Positions 20,546 to 34,511 of a stretch of DNA of 64,000 bases are shown here, piece by piece. The stretch is taken from assembly GCA_965237955.1 (NCBI GenBank), contig OZ250169.1:3648001-3712000 (forward strand), read 5' to 3'. The stretch's first letter is position 1. Each line of letters opens with the position of its first letter. This DNA comes from Candidatus Marinacidobacterales bacterium. GTDB lineage: Bacteria > Acidobacteriota > Vicinamibacteria > Marinacidobacterales > SMYC01. Made by a program: the position numbers and the translations under genes. The notes below the pieces were generated by a model. The model was not told where the DNA came from. It made no database searches and worked only from the letters and a program-made list of their open reading frames with translations.

Positions 20546-21448
20546 ATGCCTCCCGATACTTCTATCTCTCTCCTAAACTTGGGTAAGGCGTCGAAACCTG
20601 CCAATGCGCTGATAAAGAAGATATCGAACGCAGCAGGCGTTCTTTTCGAACCTCGCCAAATCAGACGAGTAGCCAAGGCGAAGGCTGAAGCAGCAAGGAT
20701 AGAGGCGCAATCTGAAATTGAGATAACTGACCTGCATCGACGAGCCACGCGACGATGGATCGAGGAGGAAGCGCAACGCCAGAAGAACATGGAAGACATT
20801 GCCGCTAAAGCCCTGCCTCAGTTGGACGAAAACGCGAAGCCCGATTCTATCGAAGACGATTGGATCGTCAACTTCTTCGAAAAATCCCGGATCGTGTCTG
20901 ACAATGAGATGCAGAAGCTGTGGTCGCGTGTTCTGTCCGGCGAGGCGAACTCTCCCGGGACCTACTCGAAGAGGACTGTCAATTTCCTTTCGGATCTCGA
21001 TAAGACCGAAGCCGTGCTGTTCACCAAGTTCTGCGGATTCGTCTGGACATATGGAGGTTTGGTGGCGTTAGTGTTCGATTCTGAAGCAGAAATCTATAGT
21101 AGAAATGGGATTAATTTCGAGAAACTAAGTCACCTTGACAGTATTGGCCTTGTTCAATTAAACCACCTTACTGGTTTCAGTCGAGTCAAGCTTTCCAAGA
21201 GCTTGGTCTTACATTATTACGGTAGGCCGCTTCACTTGAACCTGCCCAAAGACGCCAACAACGAGCTTGACATTGGAAAGGTGTTGCTTACGCGCATCGG
21301 GGAGGAACTTGCGCTGATATGCAGAAGCAAGCCAGTGGAGGGATTCTGGGAGTATGTGAGAGACAAATGGAAAAACTACTTGCCGAAGCCAGTGACCGAA
21401 AAGAGATCCGATTCGGTTTCGGACACCACGAAGACACCATCACAATGA
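20546..21448 (+). CDS. DUF2806-like protein (R-M-associated)
   Basis: RQKNMEDI...IEDDWIVNFFEK...SDNEMQKLWSRVLSGE..PGTYSKRT. Confidence 0.8.
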   Translation: MPPDTSISLLNLGKASKPANALIKKISNAAGVLFEPRQIRRVAKAKAEAARIEAQSEIEITDLHRRATRRWIEEEAQRQKNMEDIAAKALPQLDENAKPDSIEDDWIVNFFEKSRIVSDNEMQKLWSRVLSGEANSPGTYSKRTVNFLSDLDKTEAVLFTKFCGFVWTYGGLVALVFDSEAEIYSRNGINFEKLSHLDSIGLVQLNHLTGFSRVKLSKSLVLHYYGRPLHLNLPKDANNELDIGKVLLTRIGEELALICRSKPVEGFWEYVRDKWKNYLPKPVTEKRSDSVSDTTKTPSQ

Positions 21449-21528
21449 CCGAGTGACATGAACTCTACTTTGCCGGCACACGCAGGCCCACTGACACTAG
21501 CATTCAAGTGCCTCTAGCGGCGTACGAA

Positions 21529-21548
21529 CACTTGATGGCAGAAGCACC
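21529..21548 (-). mobile_element. IS1-family TIR (unoccupied version of the IS110 target)
   Basis: Reverse complement GGTGCTTCTGCCATCAAGTG|TTCG. Confidence 0.7.
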
Positions 21549-21857
21549 TCAGTTCTTAACCCTAATCGCAAATAAACGTCACCGTGTCTGAGGTCTTTGG
21601 CCCCGTGAATAGCACCTTTTCCAGGTTCTGCATACACCGTGCAGAATCACCTATAGTGGCGACGAGCGGGTGCCCCAGCACGAGCTTCTCGCCTGCGCCC
21701 AGTGCGGCTGTTTCGCGTTTTCGTGCTTCGAAGATTTTGCGATTAGGGCTAAGTATTGAGAACACGTTTGCAGAGTTTCGGGGTTTTACGAAAATCGCGT
21801 CCATTTTGGGCGTAAGCCATCGAACAAGAAAATAGGAAATTTGAGGCGTTTGCACAG

Positions 21858-22837
21858 TTGCAACTGACAGCGGTGGTAGAGACCTACTTCACCGAGCTTC
21901 GGCGGATGCGCGCGTCGGGCGGCTCGACCGGGGAGCGGTCGAGCTATGGGCCACTTGCAAACCTGCTTAATGCCGTTGGTGCGACGCTCAGGCCAAAGGT
22001 GTTTTGCGTCGGCGAACTTGCGGAGCAGGGCGCGGGTCATCCCGACTTCGGCCTCTACGCGGCGAAGCAAGTGCAGAAGGGCCGGCTGCGCGAGGGACAG
22101 ATACCGGCCCGCGGCGTGGTCGAGGTGAAGGGCGTCGGAGATGATGCGTGGCTGACCGCAGACGGCGAGCAGGTAAGCCGCTACTGGAGCCGCTACCAGC
22201 TGGTGCTGGTGACGAATACGCGCGACTTCGTGCTAGTGGGCATGGATGCGGCGGGCCGTCCTTCGAAGCTGGAAACGTTCCGGCTGGCTGACAGTGCCGA
22301 GGCGTTCGACCGCCGTCTTGAAAAGCCGCGGGCCTTCGCTCACGACGTGGGCGCGGGTCTGGGCGAGTACCTTAGTCGGGTACTGTCGCATCGTGCGGTG
22401 CTCGCCGAGCCGAAGGATTTGGCATGGCTGCTCGCGTCCTATGCCCGTGACGGGCTCGCGCGTGTCGAGGCGGCAGGTGATGCACCGTCGCTCAAGGCGG
22501 TTCGCTCGGCGCTGGAAGAAGCACTCGGGGTGCGCTTCGAGGGCGAAAAGGGTGCTCGCTTCTTCCACTCAACCCTGGTGCAGACGCTGTTCTATGGGGT
22601 CTTCTCTGCCTGGGTGCTGTGGGCGCGGCGGACGCCGTTACCGGCCGGGAAGTTCAACTGGCATGAAGCGGTCTGGCATTTGCGTGTGCCAGTCCTTCGA
22701 GCGCTGTTCCAGCAGCTCTCCGACCCCGGCCGCTTGCAACCGCTCGGCCTGGTCGAGGTGCTGGACTGGACTTCCGCCGCACTTGACCGGGTAGACCGGT
22801 CGTCGTTCTTCACCCGCTTTAGTGAGGGCGAGGCGGT
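21858..22837 (+). pseudogene. N-terminal part of a type ISP/IIG-like fused R-M enzyme, truncated by IS
   Basis: GERSSY..L, HPDFG...GVVEVK, QVSRY, VLVTNTRDF, FFHSTLVQTLFYGVFSA; ends just before the expected YFYE motif. Confidence 0.75.
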
Positions 22838-24183
22838 TGTGCATCATCAATATCCGTCCGCTCCTGAAATCAAGGACTTACGCACCGTTCACGCCTCGGC
22901 CAACGAGCGCATCTCCCGCTTGAGATCCCGGTCTTGAGACGGCAAACTCTGCCGCCATGCTCCGTGTCCTCATCTTCCTCGTCTCACTCGGCGCCCGTGC
23001 GATCCGGGCGATGTGTCGGTGCCGAGCCGACCTCGTGATTGAAAACCTGGCCCTGCGGCAGCAAGTTACGGCGTTGAAGAAGGAGCGCCCCCGGCCACCG
23101 CTCGAGGACACGGACCGAGCATTCTGGGTTGCGCTCCGAAGCTCGTGGCCAGCGTGGGCGAGCCGGCTCGTTATCGTGAACGCCGACACGGTCGCCCGGT
23201 GGAATCGAGATCGGTTCCGCCGATACTGGGCTCGGATCTCCCGTCCGCGCTATCCAGGTCGACCTCGGATTGATGCCGAGATTCGTCGTCTCGTCCGCAC
23301 GATGGCGCAAGACGGCTGGGGTGCACCTCGTATCCACGCTGAGCTGACGAAGCTCGGATTCGTTGTCAGCGAGATGACGGTGTCGCGATACATGCCGCGC
23401 CGCCGAGCCGAACCCGACGAAGTGAAGCGATGGATTGCGTTCTTGCGGAACCACAAGGACGACATCGCCGCGATGGATCTGTTCGCCGTACCGACGGCGT
23501 CGCTACGGCTGCTGTACGGCTTCTTCGTCATCGAGCACGGCCGTCGCCATATCTTGCACTTCAACGCGACGTACAACCCCACGTCAGCGTGGGTGATTCA
23601 ACAACTGCGCGAGGCGTTCCCATACGACACGGCACCACGATACTTGGTCTTTGACCGCGACGCGATTTTCAGCCCTGCAGTGGTGGAGTTCATCAGGGCC
23701 ATGGGCACAAAGCCTGTTCGCATTTCTTATCGCAGCCCTTGGCAAAACGGTACCGCCGAACGCTGGATCGGAAACTGCCGCCGCGAGATGTTAGAGCATG
23801 TAGTTGTCCTCAGTGAGCGGCATCTCGTCCGGCTCATGCGCTTGTACATCAGCTACTACCACGAGGACCGTTGCCACTTGGGTCTCGACAAAGACACCCC
23901 GAACTCAAGACCCGTCACGCCCCGACCATCACCGACCGCAAAAGTCGTCGCGTTGCCGCGAGTGGGTGGGCTCCACCACCGCTACGAATGGCGCGACGCC
24001 GCCTGAGCCAGTTTAGTCGCTGCGCGTCGATTGCTGGGGTCCCTCGCGATTGCGTTGTCCAGCTCCGCGGCCCATTGATCGCGTGATCTCGGCAAGTGCC
24101 CGCGCGCGCCGACCCGGGTTTCTTCGTTCGTCGTAGGGCCACCAGCGGTACCATTCCCGCTGGATCAATAATGATGAAGGACA
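22838..24183 (+). mobile_element. Intact rve/DDE 'integrase core' IS (transposase 22957-24006)
   Basis: Ends TGTGCATCATCAAT / ATAATGATGAAGGACA; DDE motifs AMDLF, FDRD, AERW; C-terminal GGLHHRYEWRDAA. No TSD, and the flanks are two different truncated genes. Confidence 0.9.
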
Positions 24184-24745
24184 GGTAGTCGGTTAGGTTG
24201 TCGTCGAAGCCGGCGCGGATGTTCCGATAGACCGCTTTCAGTTCAATGAAAACTAGTGGTAGGCCGTTTACGAAGCACACGAGATCAGCGCGCCGGTTGT
24301 AGTGCGGCACGCGCACGCCCTGTATCTTCAACTCGCGCACGGCAAGGAAACGGTTGCTCGCGGCGTCGCGGAAATCGATCACGTGCGCATGTGCGTGCCA
24401 GGTCTTGCCGCTTGCGTCCCGCCACTCCACCGGCACCCCGCCGCGGATGAAGCCGTAGCACTCCCGGTTGTGCTGAATGAGCGACCGAGCGAAGTCGATT
24501 CGGGTGATTCTCTCGATCGCCTGTTCTCGCGCCGATTCCGGAAGACCTGGGTTCAGGTGCGCGAGTGCTGCCCGCAGGTCGCGCACCAGCACCACGTCGC
24601 GCTCCGATGTCCGCCCGAGCATTCCCTTCGACCCGAAGGTCTCGGCGTTGTACGCGTAGAGGCTCTCCCACCCGAGATGATCGCGGAGATGGTGCGCGAA
24701 GGTCTGCTGGACCAGCCGGTCCTCACTGTTGATGTCGGTGATCAT
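24184..24745 (-). pseudogene. hsdR: Type I R-M HsdR N-terminal fragment
   Basis: SEDRLVQQ, VIDF...NRFLAVRE, RRADLVCFVNGLPLVFIELK; helicase part deleted at the IS end. Confidence 0.9.
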
Positions 24746-24761
24746 GGCGTGGGAGCTCCCA

Positions 24762-24902
24762 TCACACGGTGATCTCCCCGCTCATCAGGCGCGGCAGCAA
24801 CAGATCGCGGGCCGCGCGGAGCTTCTTGTTCATTTACGCCGCGATCTCCCCACTCATCAGACGAGGCAGCAACAGATCGCGGGCTGCGCGGAGCTTATGG
24901 TT
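24762..24902 (-). repeat. Tandem duplication of the hsdS 3' conserved region (mini-ORF 24762-24833)
   Basis: MNKKLRAARDLLLPRLMSGEITV versus the hsdS end NHKLRAARDLLLPRLMSGEIAA. Confidence 0.9.
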
Positions 24903-26041
24903 TTCGATGAACAAGGTGCGTACTAGCTTATCGATTAGACGTACCTTCTCTTCAAATAAAGAAATCAACTGTTCATGTGGCGTCAGCATACGTTGCGCGA
25001 AAATTTCCCTCTTATTCACTGACGCAAAAATCGCGCCGGACCCGATCATATCCTCTTTGAAGAAATGCACTTGCAACTGACGGAGTAGAAAGGATTGCTG
25101 GTCAAATTTACTTCGGATTGCAGCCAGACCGCGTCCGATGACGATCTTGTCGATTGTAACATTTAGCCGACCAACGGGCGCACGAACGCTGCACAGAATA
25201 TCGCCTGGTTCGGAGATTCTATTCTTCGCGGTAGTGAATACACGATGGGTCACAAACCGATTACCGAAATCACCCACGCCCTGATGAAACGGTAGCCCCT
25301 CTCCAACTTCGTTATAAAGCGATGAGGGCGGGCTTTGGCCCATTGTCACGTCTGCCAATTCATCCAGCCGCCGTTTCTCCCACCCCTCCGGCACACCGTT
25401 GGTGATACGGGTGTGCTCGTGGCCGGGGAAGCGCAGGCGGACGAACCATTCGCGATAAAGCTGTCGTTCCGCCTCCTCCAACAGCGCCATCCGACGCCGG
25501 TTGTTCTCGATCAGGTCGTCGTAGGCGGAGAGGATGTCAGCAATGTGCTGCTGGCAGTCGACATCGGGAAGCGTGATCTTGAACTCCCTCAAGATTCCAA
25601 GGTTAATGTGCGGCACACCCGAAGTGAGCGCGTGGTTAACGACTTTCTGGACCGTCGTAGGCAGGCGAAAGAAGTAATAGACGAATCGCGGATCTGCGAT
25701 TCTAGGGTTCACGGTCAACTTCATCTGACTCTGCGAAATGATGTAGCGCTGGAACCGTGACTCGTGAGGTATCAGGCCAACCTGGCCGAGCGTGCCTCGC
25801 TGGGTAAAGACCAAGTCTCCAGGGAACGCGGTATTCGAGCGGAGGTCGTCCGCCTTCTTCTCGGACACGAAAGCGAACTCGTGATCCGAGAAAGAAGTAT
25901 CGGCGGGGAGATTGTTACCTCGAATCACGGGAATTCCTTCATCAACGTAGTCGCGCGTCGTGAGGTTGGATCCGAACGGACCGCCAACGAATGAATAGGG
26001 AAACGGTGCCTTGATGGCGTCTAATGGCATCGTTCGCCAAT

Positions 26042-26045
<4 letters not shown>
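24834..26045 (-). CDS. hsdS: Type I R-M specificity subunit
   Basis: GPFGS, QQHIADILSAYDDLIENN, LYREWFV..RFPG, VPEGW, RDLLLPRLMSGE; ATG overlaps the hsdM stop. Confidence 0.95.
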
Positions 26046-28165
<2,120 letters not shown>

Positions 28166-28411
28166 GCCGTTCCGGGCTCAGGCCGCTCTTTTCGCCTTGA
28201 TACCGTTCGCGAGGTTCGCCGCATCCGCTTCTTCCGCAATGCCGTTAAACGCCGGAGCCGCCTTCTCAAGTGCCCCTGCGCGAAAACCCTGGATCGCTCG
28301 AACGTAGACCCGCCGAAAATAATGAGCCCAGAACCGAGCGTTTGGAACCATGGACTCATCATACATCGGCCAGCCGACACCCGGTCTTGACAGTCTTTTC
28401 CAACGACAACA

Positions 28412-29496
28412 GGCGTTGTTGCACCGCTCTGGCTGAGAGCGAAATCCGCCTATGGTGGTGGCCGAGGTATGTTCGAGCATGAAGTATCCCAAGCGCTGCC
28501 AGTACAAGCACGCGAAGCAGAAGAAGTACCACGTTCGCAACTGGGCGGAATACAACGAAGGGCTGCGCCGCCGGGGCGATTTGACAGTCTGGTTTGACGA
28601 GGAGGCAATCGCGAACTGGAAGGCCGACAAGACCGGTAAGCCTGGCGGTCAACGGGTCTATTCAGACATGGCGATTGAAACGGGCCTGGTTGTCCGGATG
28701 GTGTACAAGCTCGCCCACCGACAAACCGAAGGCTTCTTGCACTCGATCGCCTCGCTGCTCGGGCTCGGTATCGAGATCCAGGACTACTCGACGTTGTGTC
28801 GGCGCTCGAGGTTGCTCCGCAAGAAGCTGCGGATTCCGAAAGCCGCGAGCACTCAACCCATCCACCTGATGATCGATAGCACGGGCTTGAGGATTCATGT
28901 TGGAAACGCCCGCAAACCGCCAAAGCAGCGCGCATGGCGCAAGTTGCACATCGCCGTTGATCGCGAGACAGGGAACATTGTTGCGTCCGAACTGACGGCG
29001 TCACGAGCTCGCGACGCAACCCGAGTCCCCGCTTTGCTAACACAGATTCAAGCACCTCTAGTGTCGGTGGCGGCGGACAGTGCATACGACAAGGAAGCGG
29101 TCTACGAAGCCATCGAAGCGCACAGTCCTGGACGAAGGACGCGCGTGGTGATTCCGCCGCAACGAAACGCGACGCTCAGTCAGAATTCGAACACCGCCAT
29201 GCAGGAGCGCGATCGCCATATTCGTGCAATCGAAAGACACGGCCGACGTGAATGGTACAAGCTCTCAGGCTACACCAAGCGAAGCATGGTGGAGAACGCG
29301 GTCTATCGTTACAAGGCGATCATCGGGCCGGAGATGCGGGCTCGAACGTTGGCGAGGCAACGAGTTGAACACCGAATTGGGTGCGAGATACTCAACAAGA
29401 TGGCTGCGCTCGGGATGCCCGATACGTACTGCGCCGGGTGACTCTGCAACCGGCACAGGGAGGTCAGCGATTTGCTCCGGGCCGTGCAACAACGCC
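28412..29496 (+). mobile_element. IS5-family (IS903-like) element, transposase 28479-29441
   Basis: TIR GGCGTTGTTGCAC / GTGCAACAACGCC; NWAEYNEGLRRRG, IDSTG, WRKLH, ADSAYD, Y..RS.VE...R.K. No TSD. Confidence 0.93.
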
Positions 29497-29628
29497 TCAT
29501 GGATCTGAAGATAACACCCTCGGGCTAGACGATTGTAAAGCGCACGGCCCTTGGCCTCGGCGCAAACACAGACACTAAGCTGTTGATTTATCAGCTATTT
29601 CAAAAGGGCCGAGTTTTGGCACAGGACG
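29497..29628 (+). mobile_element. Orphan left end of the long-TIR rve-IS
   Basis: Matches 36034-36166, including the transposase start CAT; body replaced by IS5. Confidence 0.9.
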
Positions 29629-29859
29629 CGCACGGCCGGCAGCCCTACCACGCGCTCTCGACCGCCTTCGTCCACAACGTAGCACAAGCGGGCCGCTACC
29701 ACCGGCGCGTCTAGACGCGCTGCTGCCGTCGCCGTTCGCGCGGACCGGCTCGTATATAGTGTCAGGGGCTACACTGAATGCGCCCATGAAGGTCGGCGCG
29801 ATGAAGAACGCTGCCCCTGTGGCATGGAGCGGCCGTCGGAGGCCATTGGAGGACAAGGA

Positions 29860-30939
29860 ATGATCGAACTCGATCGAGACAGGTTCGAGGAACAGTTCCA
29901 AAGGTTCAAGAGCCTGATTCCGATATACAACCACGGCCACGCCTTCACCAACTTCGACGAGGGAGTGGTGGCCGATTGGGAGGGCTACAAGCCCCGGCTG
30001 CGAGACCATGCCCTCGGCATCCTCGTCCCGGACGTCTGGACGGAAGCGGAGATCGGTTCCGGTGCGATCCTGGAACGTACGATCGACGCTATTGAGATAG
30101 CAGACAGCCGGGGCCTGACCAACAATCTGGTCGGCTGGCGAAGCCGTTGGGGTCACGCCAGCCGCGAGCACCGCTTCCTGCTGGACGCCCGCTCGAATGC
30201 TGACCTGCGGCGCGAACTCGAGCGGTGTCTGTATGGCCTCTATCGGGGTGACGCGGACGAAGGCACCACCTTCGGCCATCTGAGCAAGTCGGTCGGTGCC
30301 AAATACCCGTTGCTTGCCTACCTCTATTTCCTGAAGGACATGGACCGGTTCATGCCGATCCGACCCAGGACTTTCGACCGCGCCTTCCACGACTTTGGGA
30401 TTGACCTAGTCACGGAGCGCAACTGCACCTGGGAGAACTTCCAGCGTTTCAACACCGCGCTCGGCGAGGTACGAAAGGCACTGGCAGCGATGGACGGCCT
30501 CACGAAGGTCCGGCTGATCGACGCTCATTCTTTCTGCTGGATGCTCGCAAGGCAACTGAAGGGTGACCGTGAGAAGTCCATCATCGAGATGCGAAAGTCC
30601 GTCGAGAACACCGTCCGGAACGCCAACGAGCAGATCGTCGAGCGAACCGTGAAGAACAAGGAGTTGCACATGACGCAGGCGGAACTGGACGACCTACTCC
30701 GGTCCCGACTAGACCTTCAGCGCAACCGCTGCGCGCTCACCGGTATACCCTTCCTCTTCGCTGGGCAAGACGCGGACGACAACCTGCGGCCCTCGGTTGA
30801 TCGGATCGACAGCAACGGGCACTACGAGGACGACAATCTCCAGATCGTCTGTCGGTTCGTCAACTTCTGGAAGGGCGACAGTGATAACGAGGAGTTTAAG
30901 CGGCTGCTGATGCTCGTGCACCGCTATTCGGCGGGCTGA
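29860..30939 (+). CDS. Protein with C-terminal HNH-type nuclease domain (candidate restriction/defence)
   Basis: RCALTG...PSVDRIDSNGHYEDDNLQIVCRFVNFWK; RBS upstream. Confidence 0.8.
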   Translation: MIELDRDRFEEQFQRFKSLIPIYNHGHAFTNFDEGVVADWEGYKPRLRDHALGILVPDVWTEAEIGSGAILERTIDAIEIADSRGLTNNLVGWRSRWGHASREHRFLLDARSNADLRRELERCLYGLYRGDADEGTTFGHLSKSVGAKYPLLAYLYFLKDMDRFMPIRPRTFDRAFHDFGIDLVTERNCTWENFQRFNTALGEVRKALAAMDGLTKVRLIDAHSFCWMLARQLKGDREKSIIEMRKSVENTVRNANEQIVERTVKNKELHMTQAELDDLLRSRLDLQRNRCALTGIPFLFAGQDADDNLRPSVDRIDSNGHYEDDNLQIVCRFVNFWKGDSDNEEFKRLLMLVHRYSAG

Positions 30940-31119
30940 TCCGGCTTGACGGCGAATTCGACGGCGCGCAGGTGACCTGACCCCACGGTTAGTACCACGT
31001 TGTATCTCAGTCATTCGGTTCTGACAGAGCGCTGTTATTGCCTTTATCGCCGAGCGCGTCGTGTCCAAAAACACAAACGCACTCCAGACCCGCGCGCCAA
31101 GACGTACGACGATCGCCTG

Positions 31120-31624
31120 CTAGAAGTTGTAGGTAAGGCTCAGATCGAGGAACGTGTCGTTCCGCATCGCGTAGTGGAGATCCGCTTCGTCCACGCTGAG
31201 AAGCACAATCGCTTCCGCACGCACGGACCACGCATTGGAGAGGCGCCGGCCGAATTCGAGCGCCAGCGTGCGCGTGGCGCGGGCCACGTCAGTGAGATAA
31301 CCAGCGGTTATCTCGGTGCTCAGGACATCATTGAAAGCGAGACGCGAGCCGAAGAAAAGGTCGTTCTCGAGCGTGTTAGGCGAACGGCTTGGGGTTGCGT
31401 TGCGGCCTCGCCCGTCGTAGTTCCATTCGCTGATCACGCTGAGATCGACCACCGATCTAGCCACCGAGTAGAATGTGTACTCGCCGCCGAAAACGGTAGC
31501 GAAGTAGTCTCTTCTACTCCCGACAGGTTGCGTGCCCCCGCGCGCTGAATCGCCTCCGGCTTCAAGAGCCAGGAGCCGGTCGTCATCTGGGCGTCCACCC
31601 CGAACTGGCGGATCTGCGCGTAGT
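31120..31624 (-). pseudogene. C-terminal fragment of an outer-membrane beta-barrel protein (frameshifted)
   Basis: Alternating beta strands and terminal LSLTYNF; cut at rve-IS terminus 31625. A left-type end lies at 31057. Confidence 0.6.
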
Positions 31625-31953
31625 CGTCCTGTGCCAAAACTCGCTGTGCCTTCTATTTATTCATCCGGGCGCCCCAAACTTGATTAGTCTCCGGTCTGCC
31701 GGCACCATGCCTGCTTGATTTCGTCGTTTGTTCGCGCTCTCATCTCCGCCTTCAAGGCTCGTCGCGAGCTGGCTCTCGACGATGTCGCTCTTCGGCAGCA
31801 GCTCGCCGTCCTCCGCCGTTCGGTGAAACGGCCGCGGCTCTCGAACGTCGACCGCGGGTTTTGGGTAACTGTAGAGCCTAAGGGCCCTTGGCCCAGTCGC
31901 TAAGCTGCTGATTTATGGTCTATTTCAAAAGGGCTGAGTTTTGGCACAGGACG
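31625..31953 (+). mobile_element. 19-bp rve-IS terminus plus ~309-bp non-autonomous derivative, copy B (31645-31953)
   Basis: Near-identical to 13907-14215. Confidence 0.88.
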
Positions 31954-32260
31954 GGGTGCTCGGTCACTCACTAAAGACGACGAACTGCATCGAGTCCGTC
32001 AATGCGCTTATCGAGGAACGTTGCGCGAAGGTCGATCACTGGAAGACTTCGAACCAACGCCAACGCTGGCTCGCGACCGCGCTCACCGACATCGAGCCGC
32101 GCCTCCGGAAGGTGATGGGCTACCGACACCTTCCAAAGCTGCGTGAAGCGCTCAAGCGTGAACTGAAGATCGAGACCGCGAAAAAGAATACGTCGAGGAA
32201 GAACGTTGCTTAAACGAACCGGGAGCCGCGGAAAATTTCAACTAAGAATGGGCGTGACTC
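31954..32260 (+). mobile_element. IS256-family 3' remnant
   Basis: SLKTTNCIESVN...RWLATAL...RKVMGY..L..L; end TTTCAACTAAGAATGGG. Confidence 0.8.
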
Positions 32261-33741
32261 TTTATCTGCTGTAGGTCCAACCTCAAAGCACCGAGAAGGT
32301 TCGCCTGCACGAAAACGAAACGCCATGGAGCCAGGCCAGTGGGTGATGGCGCACCAGCGTACTTCTTGAACACTTGACCGATTTTCATTTTCTTGGCCTT
32401 GATTTTCGTTTTCTGCCCGTGATCCACGTCGTGCCGTAGATCTGTGCGGAGCGTGTTGACGTCCTTGAATGATGGCGGCACGCACCCATCGAGGCGTGAG
32501 CCGGCACTTTCCCGGAAAAGGAAGTACAAGTCGTCAATGAACGCTTTGTAGTCATCGTAATCTTCGATGGTCTTACGAAGATTCGCCTGTGCCTGCGCGG
32601 TCCGATTTGTAGCCTTGAATAGGTCTTCCCCGTGTTGCGCTGAATACCGCTCGTTGAGCTGCCCAACGAGCGTGACAATCCGACCAGCGTCCGCGGTAAT
32701 ACCCCCCTTGATCCCACTCTCGGGGAGGGCGGTCGGATCTAACAAGTTGACAAACTCAGGATCACGCACCAGGAGCTTGCGAAGAAGAATTTCCTGACGA
32801 ATCCGAGCCCCGTCCTTGATGTTTGCATTAACCGTCCGTTGAAATTCACGATAGTCGATATCCGTCGCGTTCTGGCCGCGCTCAACTTGCTTGTTTAGCT
32901 CCTGGATAAAACCTATGAAAAACGTCGCAATTCGCTTCTCCTGTCCGCCGATGTTCTTGGATTCATGCAACCGACATATTAACGTGAGCAACGATTGAAC
33001 GACGGTCCGATTTCGTAGCATCTTGCCCATATCACCGTCGAAGCCTTTATCAACAAAGTCGAGAGCCGCTCTGAGTCGTTTACCGACCTTTGAGTTCTGG
33101 GAGAAAGCTACCTGGCTCTCAAACACGGCCCGCATGTCGTCGTAGCGAAGTCCAACTTCCAAACCATCAATTTCAATCGCTGCGACCTTTGCGACAATGT
33201 CAAAGTGACCGTATCTCCTGTTGGATGCGTTTGTCTTGCCGAAGAATGGATGTTTGGCTAACGTGACCACATAATCCCGCAGTTTGCTGTGGGCAGAGTT
33301 CAGCTTCTCGGCGCTGGTCAGTGGAAGGCCTTCCTGCAGACGTTGAAAGAAATCCTTGATTTCCTCTTCGGTGGCCTTCTCAATCTCGTCAAACTCGACC
33401 TCGTAATCATCAAAGGTATCAACCAGCTCGTCTGGCAAATCCCTATAGTAAGCGCCTCCAAATTCCTCAGCTGCGCTCTCTCGAAGGCGTAGTTCGTTAT
33501 CGAAGAAGTCGAAGATCGTTGCCAAACGCTGTTGGCCGTCCACAACCTCGTGCGCTTCAGGATCGCTTGAGATTTCCAGGAAGTAGAATTTCGGGAGCTT
33601 CCAGCCGCGAAGTATAGAATCGATCAGTTTCTGTTTTTTTGAGCGACTCCACACTTTCTGGCGTTGCCAGTCTGGAATCTCGTACCGGTGGCGCCGCTTA
33701 TAAATCTTGTCTATTGCGCGCATCCTTGATTGCATCTTCAT
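32242..33741 (-). CDS. DUF262 (ParB-like, GmrS-type) domain protein
   Basis: IPDWQRQKVW...LIDSIL.G..LP, VVDGQQRL, FFQRLQEG.PL...E; stop codon supplied by the IS256 end. Confidence 0.88.
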   Translation of the reverse strand: MKMQSRMRAIDKIYKRRHRYEIPDWQRQKVWSRSKKQKLIDSILRGWKLPKFYFLEISSDPEAHEVVDGQQRLATIFDFFDNELRLRESAAEEFGGAYYRDLPDELVDTFDDYEVEFDEIEKATEEEIKDFFQRLQEGLPLTSAEKLNSAHSKLRDYVVTLAKHPFFGKTNASNRRYGHFDIVAKVAAIEIDGLEVGLRYDDMRAVFESQVAFSQNSKVGKRLRAALDFVDKGFDGDMGKMLRNRTVVQSLLTLICRLHESKNIGGQEKRIATFFIGFIQELNKQVERGQNATDIDYREFQRTVNANIKDGARIRQEILLRKLLVRDPEFVNLLDPTALPESGIKGGITADAGRIVTLVGQLNERYSAQHGEDLFKATNRTAQAQANLRKTIEDYDDYKAFIDDLYFLFRESAGSRLDGCVPPSFKDVNTLRTDLRHDVDHGQKTKIKAKKMKIGQVFKKYAGAPSPTGLAPWRFVFVQANLLGALRLDLQQIKSHAHS

Positions 33742-33844
33742 GGTAGTTGTGATAATAGTAGCTTGACCTCATGGATTCAAATCGCTGTCGAAGCTATTCG
33801 CCCAGCGTTCCAGTAGCGTTCCGTAATGTCCTAGGAGCGCACCA

Positions 33845-34405
33845 AACGGATCAAGAGCGAGTGCCTGGGTCGGATGATCTTCTTCAGTGAGCCATCGCTG
33901 CGGCCGCGCGCTCACCGAGTTCATCCATCATTATCATGGAGAGCGCAACCATCAAGGGCTCGGGAACGCGTTGACCGAAGCGGAAGAATGCGGCGGCAGT
34001 CTCCACGGGAAGGTGCGATGTCGTAAGCGATTGGGCGGCTTGCTCAGCTATTACCACCGCTGTGCTCCGCAAAAAGTCGATCCGGCGTTGATTGCGCGGT
34101 TTAGACCTGCCATGCTCGGCTGCTTCGTGCCGGTTGACCCGACGACGCCACAGGCGTCTTAGGAACGTGGAGAAGCTTGCTCTTGCGACTGTTTTCGAAT
34201 ATCCGGTCTATTGTTCTGGACGCCATCGCGTTCGCTCGCAACCTATGCCGCTCGCCCAGCGCCCTCGCCGCAGAGAACCTTTTCCTTCGGAAGCAGCTTA
34301 CGTTCTTTGTCGAGCGTAAGCAGGCGCCTCGGCGTACGGACAACGCCGCACGGGTCACGATGGCTACTCTCGCGAGGCTATTCGACTGGAAGGAAGCCCT
34401 TATCG
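33845..34405 (+). pseudogene. rve transposase C-terminal fragment (33845-34060), then a left end (34061) and an N-terminal fragment
   Basis: IKSECL...[13 protein letters not shown]...RLGGLLSYYHR; LAAENLFLRKQL...LARLFDWKEAL. Confidence 0.85.
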
Positions 34406-34424
34406 TTTGGCTTTATAGGCCAGC

Positions 34425-34503
34425 GGGTGCGCGACGGCTGTGTACCATCGCGTAGCGAAGCCGTAGACTGAGGAGCCGGATGCGTCAATCGCGCACGTAC
34501 GGA
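34425..34503 (+). ncRNA. Group II intron 3' relic (end of IEP and domain V)
   Basis: ...VYHRVAKP* followed by GAGGAGCCGGATGCGTCAATCGCGCACGTACGG, a domain-V-like hairpin. Domain VI absent. Confidence 0.55.
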
Positions 34504-34511
34504 AATGTAGA

